Source: Raja brachyura
Lineage: Eukaryota
DNA length: 64,000 bases
Direction of reading: 5' to 3'
NCBI GenBank assembly: GCA_963514005.1
Contig: OY740810.1
Span: 22,320,001 to 22,384,000 of the forward strand
Shown: in pieces, positions 25,354-37,188 of the stretch
Numbering within the stretch: position 1 is the first letter of the stretch
Layout: each line of letters starts with the position of its first letter
The notes under the pieces: model-generated
Seen by the model: the letters and a program-made list of their open reading frames with translations, nothing else
Databases searched by the model: none
What the model was told of the DNA's origin: nothing
Position numbers and translations under genes: made by a program

Positions 25354-25672
25354 GATAGCATGGTGACGCAGCGGTAGAGCTACTGCCTTACACCGCCACA
25401 GACCTGGGTTCAATCCTTACCACATGTGCGGTCTGTATGGAGTTTTACACATTTTCCCCGTGATCTGCGTGGGTTTTCTCTGAGATTTTCGTTTTCATCC
25501 CACACTCAAAAGACGTACATGTTTGTAGGTTAATTGGCTTGGTGTAAATGTAAAAATTGCCCTGAGTGTGTGTAGGGTGGTGTTAATGTGTGCAGGGATC
25601 GCTGGCCGGTGCGGACTCGGTGGGCCGAATTGCCTGTTTCCGCGCTGTACCTCTAAAGTAATTTAAACTAAA
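25354..25672 (+). mobile_element. HE1-type SINE
   Basis: Full-length match to the other copies. Confidence 0.85.
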
Positions 25673-27629
25673 CACATAGTTGCTAAATAACCTTGAGATA
25701 TGGGAGGAAACCAGAACTCTGAGCAGATACTTACATGGTCACAGGGAATAAATGAAAACTTCATGCACACAGTACAGGAAGTCAGGATCAAACCTGGGTC
25801 TCGGGACTGCAAAGCAGCAATACTACCTGCTGCACCACTGTGCTCCTCTGACCTTTCCTGTACACAGTGAGTGTTAAGAGTAGTGAAGTGTTCTTTTTTA
25901 AAACACGAGCCATTTTAATTTGCTGACGGCCATTCACACTGGCTTTGTAGATTGAATCCTATTATTTTCATTGACTGAAAACAAATAAGACCACAGATGC
26001 TGGAATGTGAAACACAAAATGCTGGAAAAATTCAACGCCAATCAGCAATAGATGGACACAAAGTGCTGCAGCAACACAGCGGGTCAGGCTGCATCTCTGG
26101 AGGTAATGGATAGGTGACGTTTCGAGATGGGCCCCTTCTTCCGACGCCAATCAGCATCTGAGGAAGTAAAAAGATGTAAGTCATCGGTTTGGGTTCGAAA
26201 CCCTGCGTCAGGACTACGAAGGAAGAGGAAGGTCTACCACAACACAGAACAATGAGATGGCAGATGTACACAGGCTGATGGGTGATAGATGGAAAGAGAA
26301 TGATGGGACGATGAGAACTGTGAATGAAGGGAGAAGAAAACTCAGTGCACAGGTAAGCATGTGTTGCCAGTGCGTAGCCCATACGTAGAGCTGTACGCTA
26401 ATAATCCTTTCTCTCCCCTCTCAACCCAAAACATTGCTTTACACCCTTGGAAAGATGCAAAATGCTGGAGTAACTCAGCGGTTCAGGCAGCATCCCTTGA
26501 GAACATGGATGGGTGATTTTTCGGGTCAGAACTGTTTGCAGTGGGGGGGGGGGGGGGGGGAGGGAGAGGAATGCTCCATAGTTGAGAGGCAGGACAAAGC
26601 ATGGCAGGCCACCCTTTGCTGCACAGATACTGATCTAACTTGCTGAAATGTACCAGTGTGTACAAAATGAAATGTACCAGTACCAGTGTGTGAAATGTAC
26701 CAGTTTTTATTGCATATTGTGAGAGAACTATTGTGACTTGAGAGTGAAAAATGTGTTTCCTTTCCTCTCGCAACTGTAGGAATCTCTCCTAGGAACATTT
26801 AATAACCCATAGTGTATCCATTTGTAGCCCAGTAACCGAACCACTTAGCTTAGACATTTATTAATTAATTCACTGCAGTCAACCCATTACTGAGTTAAGA
26901 TGGAATTTATTTCTTCGAAATCCTGCATTCGCTTAACCTAAATTATTTTTCCCCACTATAGCGCGATTGTTTATTGCATCTTCAAATGTGTGTTTTAGAC
27001 TCTCTAATATAAGTCCTTTCAATTCATTTGTGAGTCTCTCCAGTGTCAGCTCATTAGTGACTCCATAGTTAGATATTGTCCCAGTTTGGCAATCAGTTGT
27101 GGAAAAAACGATTCTGATTGCTAATTCTGCTGTATAAACAACTCAGCACTTTTTAAATATTTTTGATGTGTTAATTGACCCAGTGGGGTCCTTTAGTTTT
27201 TTTTGAGTACTCGTATTTACCTCAGTGCTAACTGTGTCAAGGTTGGTGCTCATTTTAAATAAAACAAATTAGAAAGGTAAACAGTGCATGCATTTCCATT
27301 TCATTACTCTCCAGTTCCAGTAGCTTCAATGAAACCTGCATGGTGGCTCATTTTATGTGCCAGCAGTTTCTTGGCAGTATTTGTGGGAAGCATGCAAGGT
27401 TTTGAACCACAGATCCAAGCCGCGGGCTTACAATGCACCGGGAACATCTGGTGGATGCCGCTCTGCATTGTTGCCAGGCACTGCGCCAACCAAGTGGAAC
27501 TTCAGGATCCACGGGATATTACTCTGTGCTCTGCTGCGATTTACCCACTAATCTGCCACATTGATTCCAATCAGGCAAGGGCTTTCCAGAATTAAGATCC
27601 TTTGAGTTCACTCTCGCCAACTTCTACCG

Positions 27630-28030
27630 ATGCACCACGGAAAGCATTTCATCAGGAAGAAATTGCAGCGAATTGTGGACGCAGCCCGGACCATCACACA
27701 AACCAACCTCCCTTCCATTGACTCAATTTATACCTCACGCTGCTTTGGCAAGGCCAGGAGCATAATGCAGGATCAGTCGCACGCTGGCCACTCCCTCTTC
27801 TCTCCTCTCCCAGGCACAAGATATAGAAGTGTGAAACGCACACCTCCAGATTCAGGGACAGTTTCTTCCCAATCAGGCAACTGAACTATCCTACCACATC
27901 CAGAGAGCACTGCTGAACTACTATCTACCTCTTCGGTGACCCTCGGACTATCCTTGATCAGACTTTACTGCCTTTATCTTGCACTAAAAGTTATTCCTAG
28001 ATACAGTATATCTATTCACTGTAAATAGAT
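27630..28030 (+). mobile_element. Rex1/Babar-type LINE 3' fragment
   Basis: KKLQRIVDAARTITQTNLPSIDSIYTSRC...HAGHSLFSPLP. Confidence 0.75.
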
Positions 28031-29169
28031 TTTACCATTTATCCTATCATATGGATAGTACCGAAGATAGACACAAAATGCTGGAGTAACCCAGCGGGAC
28101 AGGCAGCATCTCTGGAAACAAGGAATAGGCGACGTTTCGGCTCGAGGCCCTTTTTCAGACAAGATTCAGGAGAAAGGGAAATGAGAGATATAGATGGCAA
28201 CGTTGAGAGATATAGAACAAGTGAATGAAAGAAATGCAAACAGCTAACAGTGGCCTGTTTCCTTTAATATCGTTACTTTAACCTGTTACTTCAGCATTTT
28301 GTGTCTATCTTTGGTTTAAACCAGCATCTGCAGTTTGTTCCGACACATATGGTAAGTATATTTTGATATTCAAAGACATTTAAACGAGCCTTAAACCATA
28401 TTCAGTAACATGGTAGCCATCCCATGCCAGTAACATGTCAGCAGAAAGACAGCCTTTACGTGTTAATAACATGGCTACACCAGCAACATGACAAATGTTT
28501 CATGGTAGTAACACAGCAGGAAAGACACAAAGTGCTGGAGTAACTCATTGGGCCAGGTAGCATCCCTGAAGAATATGGATAGGCGACATTTTGGTTTAGG
28601 GTCTTTCTCCAGTCTACGAGATAAAGTTAGTTAGTTTGGAAATAATTTTCATGCTTTTAATTATATTGCACCTTGCTGAATTCAGGTTAAAACCCCATTG
28701 AGTGTTATAAGACCCATACTCACCAGACACTGGCCAATCTGTTGATCAGCCAGCTAAAGATAGACACAAAATGCTGGTGTAATTCAGCGTGATAGGCAGC
28801 ATCTCTGGAGAGAAGAAATGGGTGATGTTTCAGGTCGAGACCCTTCTTCAAACTCATGGCTTCATCAGCCAGCTGCTTTGTTTCTGTTTTGCAGTGCTCC
28901 TTAAACAAACTTCGCCCCAGTCCACCAATTTAGTTTGGTGATCACAGAGATGGCCATGTGTACATAATGATGTCATTAGCTATGTGCCTGCAACTGGGCA
29001 AACACCAGCTGTGCTGAGGAGAATGGCAGATAAAAATTCCCAGAACAATTTCTCAATTGGACCTAAGCAAAGGCAGAAGAAAAATCATTAGAATAATCGG
29101 ATGTGCAGAAAACATTATGCGTGCATTGTTGTGCTTACAGAGCAATAATGCCTTCTGGTGATCTGGAGG

Positions 29170-29443
29170 GACTTATTTAGAGATTCAGTGTGGAAAATAG
29201 GCTTTGCGGCCTACCGAGTCCGTGCCGACAAGTGATCCCTGTATACTAGTTCTTTCCTATGGACTAAGGGCAATTTACAGAAGCTAATTAACCTGCAATG
29301 TCTTTGGAATGTGGGAGCAAACCGGAGCACCCGCAGCAGACCCACAGGGAGAAGGTACAAATTCCGTACGGACAAGCACCCTTACTCTGGATTAAACCCG
29401 TGTCTCTGGTGCTGTAAGGCAACAACTGTACCTCTGCGCCACT
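29170..29443 (-). mobile_element. HE1-type SINE
   Basis: Reverse-complement match to the other copies. Confidence 0.75.
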
Positions 29444-29725
29444 GAAGAAGAAGCAGTCTTCAGTAGAAGACAGCAAAATATTGCAATTCAAGAAAAACCT
29501 GCTCCTGCACAACATTCAGTATTAGTCAAGAAGGAACTGAAGATGCTGGAGAATCGAAGGTAGACAAGTGTTGGTCTCTATGTTGAGCACAGAACGCTAA
29601 TTTAATTCAATGATTCATTGGTACTTTATTGTCACATGTACCCAGGTACAGGGAAAATCTTTGTTTTTGCATACAATCCGTTAAAATCATACAGCAGACC
29701 TCACCTAACCAGTACACAAGGAGTC

Positions 29726-29986
29726 NNNNNNNNNNNNNNNNNNNNNNNNNNNNNNNNNNNNNNNNNNNNNNNNNNNNNNNNNNNNNNNNNNNNNNNNNNN
29801 NNNNNNNNNNNNNNNNNNNNNNNNNNNNNNNNNNNNNNNNNNNNNNNNNNNNNNNNNNNNNNNNNNNNNNNNNNNNNNNNNNNNNNNNNNNNNNNNNNNN
29901 NNNNNNNNNNNNNNNNNNNNNNNNNNNNNNNNNNNNNNNNNNNNNNNNNNNNNNNNNNNNNNNNNNNNNNNNNNNNNNNNNNNNNN
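29726..29986. other. Assembly gap (261 N)
   Basis: Run of N. Confidence 1.
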
Positions 29987-30571
29987 GGGAGCAGAGTGTT
30001 GCACAGAGATGTGGCATACACTAAACTTTTGAGTCCATTCACAAGCTCGCCGGACGCCTGTAATTTCTGCAGCTAGGACGAGACCGTGTTCCATGTGTAT
30101 ATGGAGTGTGTGCGGTTGCTGCCCCTGTACGAATATTTGAAGGGTTTGCTCCTCAAGTTTTGGCTGCATTTTAGTCGCACAACACTGATGTTTGGGCACA
30201 GGGCAGGGAGTGGGGAGGGCCGATCGGACTGGGATCGCCCTGTCGGGTTTACTCCTGGGCCCGGCCAAAATGGCCCTTCGTGGGTCCAGGCAACAGGTGG
30301 TCGATGGTCACACCAGAGTCGGCTGCCTGCTCCTCTTCCGGGCCTATGTCCGTGCTCGTGTGTCCCTGGAGAGGGAACATGCGGTGTCCACGGGGATGCT
30401 GGAGGCCGTACGTGAACGCTGATCGCCGCTAGCGGTCGAGAGCATTGTAAATAATTATTGTACCATTGTAGTATAATGACTGCTTGATGTATTGTAACCA
30501 TTGAATGTGAATGTACTTTTGGTAAGCTGTAATATGCAATTGCTGAACAAAGTCCTTGGAATGGATAAAAA

Positions 30572-30572
<1 letters not shown>
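29987..30572 (+). mobile_element. L1/Tx1-clade LINE 3' end (zinc-knuckle region and 3' UTR)
   Basis: CNFCS*DETVFHVYMEC fits the C-x2-C-x7-H-x4-C knuckle, followed by LLLKFWLHFS..LMFG; A-rich end abuts (GA)n. Confidence 0.75.

Positions 30573-30574
<2 letters not shown>

Positions 30575-30607
<33 letters not shown>
30575..30607. repeat. (GA)n microsatellite
   Basis: Perfect GA dinucleotide run. Confidence 0.95.
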
Positions 30608-30610
<3 letters not shown>

Positions 30611-31624
30611 TGGGAGATGTTAAATTGAGAATTAATAAAGGAGGGAAATGAAGGTCAAGGAAACAGAATTGATGGCACAAGCAGTGGAGTAATTATAATA
30701 AAAGATGCACAGAAAACCAAAAACTGGAGGAGTGTGGTGAAATGGCAGGTTTGTAAATGCAGAAGAGATTGAGAGAATGTGGCTGTGAAACCTACTTGAA
30801 ACAAGGTGGAGAATTTTTAAATTGTTCTCAACAGTTTAACTTTTTGGAGATGGAAGAGAAGAATGATCACAATTCATTATCCATTGGCTTTTCCATTTCT
30901 TTGATGGCTTTAGTTCTGGCTGATTCTGCGAGACAATGCTGATCATCGCCTTTTTATAACAGTCTTCTGCCTTCTCCAGGATTTATATCAATTTGAATTA
31001 ATGTTTGTTCACCGCTTCAAAGTGAAACAGCACCAATCACCATCACAAGTAATTCAGCATTCCTAGTCAGACTGAATGCAGTGTTACAGGGAAGAACGTT
31101 AATATTCTCACCATCCTCTTTCAGTCATGAAAATCATCAAACTACATTTTTAGCTAAGGAGCTCTTTAGACTTGAATATCTTTATAGGCAAAGGTTCTTG
31201 AATATCTGCACATAGCCCTTGAAATTGATTTGTTTTGTATTCCACTTGTGTACGTGCAGGGGAATGAAATCCAATTCAGACCGACAGGGCCAGACATAAT
31301 TCATAGAATTCATAACAGCAAATGGCACAGAAAAATGCCATGTATGTTGAATTATGTGAAAATATCCAGCATGCAGTAAGGTTGGACCACCTTGTTCGAA
31401 GCATGTGGTAACAGACTAACTAATACCAAGCAGAGATTATCAATGTCAGTTGTCTGCTCGTGCATCAGAGGAACCAACTCTCAGTGAAGGCGAATATTAC
31501 TGTTTGCCACCGCCCCATTGCACCAGCACAACCTTTGGTCAATTGAGGATAAGAATCTCTGAAGATCATGACATCAAGTCTAGTAATGTATCACCTATTC
31601 CTTTTCTCCAGAGATGTTGCCTGA

Positions 31625-32992
31625 AGGCCCTGTCTCACGGTGCGAGTTGACACACGAGTGACCCAGAGTGACAGACTCGTGGTTGTGTACGATATTCCAA
31701 GTTGATGTGCAAGTGTTTGAGGCGAGTTCCCACGGGTATGGTAATCTGCGATGTTCCGAGATCGTCTCCAGAGTTACCAAGTTCCCCTCCCGTTTGCTCT
31801 TGAGTTACCAAGTTCCTCTCCCGCTCAGGACGTGTGTTGTTGCCGCAGTCCGGGATTCGCATTTAAAGCACTCGGTTATCTTCAGCAGTTCAGGTGAGGA
31901 CAGGTTTGGGGCGGGGGGGCGAGGGATGGTGGAATTGGGAGAAGGCAAAGACTATGGGTGGGGAGGAGTGAGAGGGGGGCTAGGAACGGCATCTGCGAAA
32001 CGGGTAGTCAACCTTTAGGGTCCCGGCCCGAAACATCCCTATACATTTTATGATTTCCCTCCAAAGATGCAGTCTCCCGTGGTTTGTTTGCACAACTCTC
32101 TCCCCTCTCTCTCCCAACATTGGGGGGGGGGGGGGGGGACGACGACAAGATAGTTTAAACGGACCTTACCACCACTTCATGCTTCTGTTGCGCATAATTC
32201 AGCAGTAAAACCTCTCTTCCCCTCACCCAGCGACGCCCGATTCCTCGCACCCCCACAAGTTCACATGGACGAGGGAAGAATGAGCGGGGAGTCTGAAGAA
32301 GGGTCCCGACCCGAAACATCACCCATTCCTTCTCTCCAGATGCGATGCCTGTCCCGCTGAGTTACTCCAGCATGTTTGTATCTATCGTCGGTGTAAACCA
32401 GCATCTGCAGTTCCTTCCTACACACGGACAGTGAAGTGCCTCGGCCAAATTAGGAACATTAGGATTCTCTGATGTGAAGGTAGTCTGGTTTGCGTTTCTT
32501 ACACTTAATCATATCCGAAACTAAAGTATAGATGACACAAAATGCTGGAGTAACTCGGCGGGACAGGCCGCATATCTGGAGAGAAGGAATGGGTGGCGTT
32601 TTGGGTAAGTCTGAAGAAGGGTCTCGACTCTATTCCTTCTCTCCAGAGATGCTGCCTGGTCCGCGAGTTACTCCAGCATTTTGTGTCTATTAAAGAGTTC
32701 CCACGGTAGACGCACGAATCACTAAACTTAACGCACGGGCCACTACGATATAACTCTGAGTTTAAATGTTTCAATTTTAAACTTGACCACGAAATTTGAC
32801 TCGTGGAAAAAGTCAAACATGTTTGACTTTTTTCACGAGTTCACAAGTTTCACAGGTACCTGCCGTTAGCGCCACGAGTGGACAAGTTGATCGCGCGAGT
32901 TCCGACGTTCCCGCTACGTTGGCTGTACGTGATCACCACGAGTGAAAACTCGGGGTCACTCGTGGGCCAACTCGCACCGTGAGACAGGGGTT
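31625..32992. mobile_element. Non-autonomous PIF/Harbinger-like DNA transposon (1368 bp) with nested repeats
   Basis: ~45-bp imperfect TIRs (AGGCCCTGTCTCACGGTGCGAGTTG...); 3-bp TSD TGA (31622-31624 and 32993-32995); the host repeat GTTGCC-TGA-GCCGCTGAGTTACTC rejoins across it. Confidence 0.85.
32293..32320 (+). ncRNA. Minimal hammerhead ribozyme-like motif
   Basis: CTGAAGA-A-GGGTC-CC-GACCC-GAAAC-ATC. Confidence 0.5.
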
Positions 32993-33540
32993 TGAGCCGC
33001 TGAGTTACTCTAGCTCTTTGTGTCTATCTTCGCTTTAAAGCAGCATCTGCAGCTACTTCCTACGCATTAAGGTATACTCCCTGGCTTTAGAAACCATGTG
33101 GACTTTCACGGGAAGAGCAATCCTTTAATAGAAGGAAGGCGACCAGTGTGACCCTGTTGCAGATGACCATAGGATCTCCGGTGATGGAAGACATGCTGGA
33201 AATAAGACTTTCTACCTTCTTCTTCATGGCCAATCTGTCTTTGTCCTGATCTGACAGCCTTGTTCTGTGTTGCTCTGCAAGTTTTCACTTCAAGCTGCCA
33301 AAACACTGCTTGCCAACATCACTGAGGGATTCCCAACACAAGCCTTAAACTAGACAGGATCAGATTTTGTTGAAAGTCTGCTTGGAGAATGACAATCAGC
33401 AGGGAAGTTAGTTCTTGGTGACTGGAGCACAGTGAGCATTGGTATTGGTATTGGTATTGGTTTATTACTATCAAGTGTACCAAGATATAGTGAAAAAAGG
33501 GGTTTTCTGTGCTATCCAGGCAAATCATAACATCCATGAG

Positions 33541-33950
33541 TAGAAACATAGAAAATAGGTGCATTCTAAGTGAGCATTCTGCTCTTCGAGCCAGCACCGC
33601 CATTCAATATGATCATGGCTCATCATTCAGAATCAGTACCCCATTCCTGGTTACTCCCCATATCCCTTGATTCCTTTAGCCCTAAGAGCTTCATCTAACT
33701 CTCTCTTGAAAACATCCAGTGAATTGGCCTCCACTGCATTCTGAGGCAGAGACTTCCACAGATTCACAACTCTCTGGGTGAAAATGTTTTTCCTCATCTC
33801 AGTCCTAAATGGCCTACCCCTTATTATTAAACTGTGACCCCGGGTTCTGGACTCCCCCAACATTGTTTCCTGCATCTAGCCTGTCCAATCCCTTAAGAAT
33901 TTTATATGTTTCTATATGATCCCCTCACATCCTTCTAAATTCCAATGAAT
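33541..33950 (-). mobile_element. CR1/HER1 LINE 3' fragment
   Basis: ORF 33651-33875(-) has RTRGHSL, FTQRVVNLW and GIKGYGE. Confidence 0.9.
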
Positions 33951-34016
33951 AAATGGAATCATCAGCTAGTGCAAGAGAGAATATAAATAGTGTGGGATAT
34001 AGTGTCACAGCTACAG

Positions 34017-34648
34017 GGCGGCACAGTTTCACAGCGGTAGAGATGCTGCCTAGCAGCTCCAGAGATAAGGCTTTGATAATGAATACGGGTGCCGTCTGTA
34101 TGAAGGTTATACATTCTCTCCGTGACTTGCGTGGGATCTCCTGTTTCCTCCCACACGTACAGGTTTGTAGGTTAATTGGCTAGGTATAATTGCAAATTGT
34201 CCCGTGTGTGTGTGTAGAATAGTGTAAGTTCTTGGCCTTGGACACACTGGAGGCAGGAAACATGTTCCCGATGTTGTGGGAGCCCAGAACCAGGTGCCAC
34301 AGTTTAAGAATAAGGAGTAAGCCATTTAGAACGGAGACGAGGAAACACTTTTTCTCACAGAGAGTGGTGAGTGTGGAATTCTCTTCCTCAGAGGGCAGTG
34401 GAGGCAGGTTCTCTGGATGCTTTCAAGAGAGAGCTAGATAGGGCTCTTACAAATAGCGGAGTCAAGGGATATGGGGAGATGGCAGGAACGGGGTACTGAT
34501 TGGGGAGGATCAGCCATGATCACATTGAATGGCGGTGCTGGCTCGAACGGCCGAATGGCCTCCTCCTGCATCTATTGTCTATTGTCTATTGTGTGGGGAT
34601 CGCAGGTCGGCGTCTGCTTCCACACTGTATCCCTAAACTAAACCTAAC
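34017..34648 (+). mobile_element. HE1-type SINE interrupted by a CR1/HER1 3' fragment (34231-34589)
   Basis: SINE body resumes after the LINE (CTATTGT)n tail. Confidence 0.75.
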
Positions 34649-35833
34649 TGCAGGGGAAAAAAATGCAATAACAACAACGAGGTAAAAAAATTCATCCACG
34701 AGTCTGAAAACAGTGGGAAGAAGCTGTTCTTGAATCGGGTGTTGTGTGCTTTCAAGCGGCTGCCACTGCTGCAGTACCCTCACACATCCACTAGAGGGAT
34801 GGCTAATGGAGTGCCATTAGTGATACCATAACAGAGCTACCCAAGTAATAAATACATGACAGCCAAGCACTGGAGAAAGCACATCCTGCTGGTTATAATT
34901 CCCTTTGTGGATGCTAGGTGCTGCTTGATCAACCCTGCACTGAGTTCTACAACTGCCTAACCAGATATTCTGATGCCAGTACAATTTTCCTTTAAATACC
35001 AAAGTAAAAAATGGAGCACAATGCATTTATAACTGTGTAGGAAGGAACTGCAGATGCTGGTTTACAGCGAAGATGGACACAAAAAGTTGGCGTAATTCAG
35101 CGGGTCCCTCTGTATTAGTTTCACTGTTGTCCTGCTGAGTTTCACGGTTTGCACTGCTCGTTATCACTTTCCCCACAGCCAACAATGGACCATTGTGGGC
35201 TCCGCCTTTGCTTAATCACCATTGTTGGCTTTGATCTGTCTTTTTGCATATCTTTCATTAATTTGTTCTATATACTTGTACCTTTTCATATCTCTCGGTT
35301 CCTTCTCCCCTGACTCTCAATCTTAAGAAATGTCTTGAATCGAAATGTCACCTATTCCTTTTCTCCAGAGACGCTGCCTGACCCATTGAGTTAAATTGAT
35401 TTCCGTATAACTTGTACAGTATATAAAGGTATCAATTGTTAATCCATCCAATTTCGTAGAATGTGTTTCTGGGATTCTCTCGTGACCACAGCTTTATCTT
35501 TTTCACATCTAAAATAATCTATATAAAAACTGTCTCTGTAAATTGCTCAGATATTAAGGTGATTGGCTTTTCGCTATTGCTGTTGTTTAAAAAAAAAATC
35601 AACAGGAACTTATGATGGACACAAAAAGCTGGAGCAACTCAGTGGGGCAGGCAGCATCTCTGGAGAGAAGGAATGGGTGACGTTTCGGGTCGAGACCCTT
35701 CTTCTCGACCGGAAACGTAACTCATTCCTTCTCTCCGGAGATGCTGCCTGTCCCGCTCAGTTACTCCAGCTTTTTGTGTCTATCTTTGGCTTAAACCAGT
35801 ATCTGCAGTTCCTTCCTACACAACGGGGACTTA

Positions 35834-36348
35834 AGGGGCTGACCCACTTGGGCGACCTAATTGGCGAGTTTTGAAGAGTTTCAAAAAATGACATGTTGAA
35901 GACCTCCTTCAACTATGTTGAAGACCAGCTTCAATTAGCTACGACTAGCTACGACTAACTTCGGGAAAATTGGGCTCCGAATAGTGGAGAGTGAAGACGA
36001 CCCCCTTCGATCTCCTTCGACCTCCCTTTGACTATGATGAAGACTATCTACGTCTACCATAGATTATCCTCGATTACCAACGATTAACATGCCGACCTAC
36101 TACGACATACGAGTAAAAAAAGTATCGATTTTTTCCATGGCGACCTTTTTTTACTCGTGGGCGTTTTGTAACATATTGAAAAAAACGCCACGACCTAGTT
36201 GAGTCCTCGAGTACGCAGAGCCCACTCTCGAGCATGAAGGAGAATTACGAAAACCTCCTACGACCTCGTGTCGACCATGCTGCGAGTATGAGTCGAGGGT
36301 AAACTCGCCAGAACTCGCGGATTAGGTCGCCCAAGTGGAGCAGGCCCT
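35834..36348. mobile_element. PIF/Harbinger-like MITE (515 bp)
   Basis: ~28-bp imperfect TIRs AGGGGCTGACCCACTTGGGCGACCTAAT; TSD TTA (35831-35833 and 36349-36351); many internal CGACY motifs. Confidence 0.85.
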
Positions 36349-37188
36349 TTATGTTGGCTAGGGAAGAGGATATAGTTTTCCATGTTTAAGAAGGAACTGC
36401 AGATGCTGGAAAATCGAAGGTAGACAAAAATGCAGGAGAAACTCAGCGGGTGAGGCAGCATCAATGGAGCGAAGGAGATAGGCCTTATTATTAAATAGGC
36501 CTTATAGGATATAATGTTTTCCATGTCAAGATGCGGAATATGATAGTGAGGGGAAAAATTGTGCTATCAAGTCAGGATAAAGGACCAGCTTATTTTTCTG
36601 GTTCTGCATGTAAAACTCCTCAAAAAACACCTGCTTGGTTCCAGGATGTGCTTTTCATTATCAACACCCAGGCTCTGAGCTTAAACTTCTGAACGTGACT
36701 GACATTTGATGTTAAATAATATAGCGAGGACATAGTATGGCTCGAAACCTACTGGAGATTGCTCAATTCATTTCACTTAAGGCCCTGACAGCTATTAAAC
36801 AGCAGACTTTAATCCTATCAGCCTGAAATAGGTTTGAATCTTGGTTACTGAGGTGGGGGGACAGTCATCTAACTCACTTCACCACACAGTCCTTGAGCAG
36901 AAAACCTTTCACTTAAATGCTAGTTTGACACAATGGGTGGATTCCGGCTGCTGAGGCAAAAGGCTATGGGTTTGAGTTCCCTCCAGGGCATGATTGTGAA
37001 ATCCAACCTATTTGAGAGATTGTTGTGTTGTCTGATGTACCGTCTATTAGATGCGGCTTAAACCAAGGTAAACAAAGATTCCACAAGGAAATGCAGATGC
37101 TAGAACCTTAAGCAAGAGCGCACCAAGTGCTGAAGTAACTCAGCGGTTCAGGCAGCATCTCTGGAGAACATGCATAGCTGACAAGGGG

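Noticed and set aside
26644-26704. GAAATGTACCAGT repeated three times
   Set aside because: Simple local slippage; not a spacer-repeat array
28405-28512. Recurrent AACATG motif
   Set aside because: Irregular spacing; too weak to call
29607-30268. ORFs spanning poly-X
   Set aside because: Artefacts of the N gap
35900-36300. Reiterated CGACY motifs resembling a CRISPR or repeat array
   Set aside because: Irregular 5-10 bp motifs inside a TIR/TSD-bounded MITE; eukaryotic context and no cas genes
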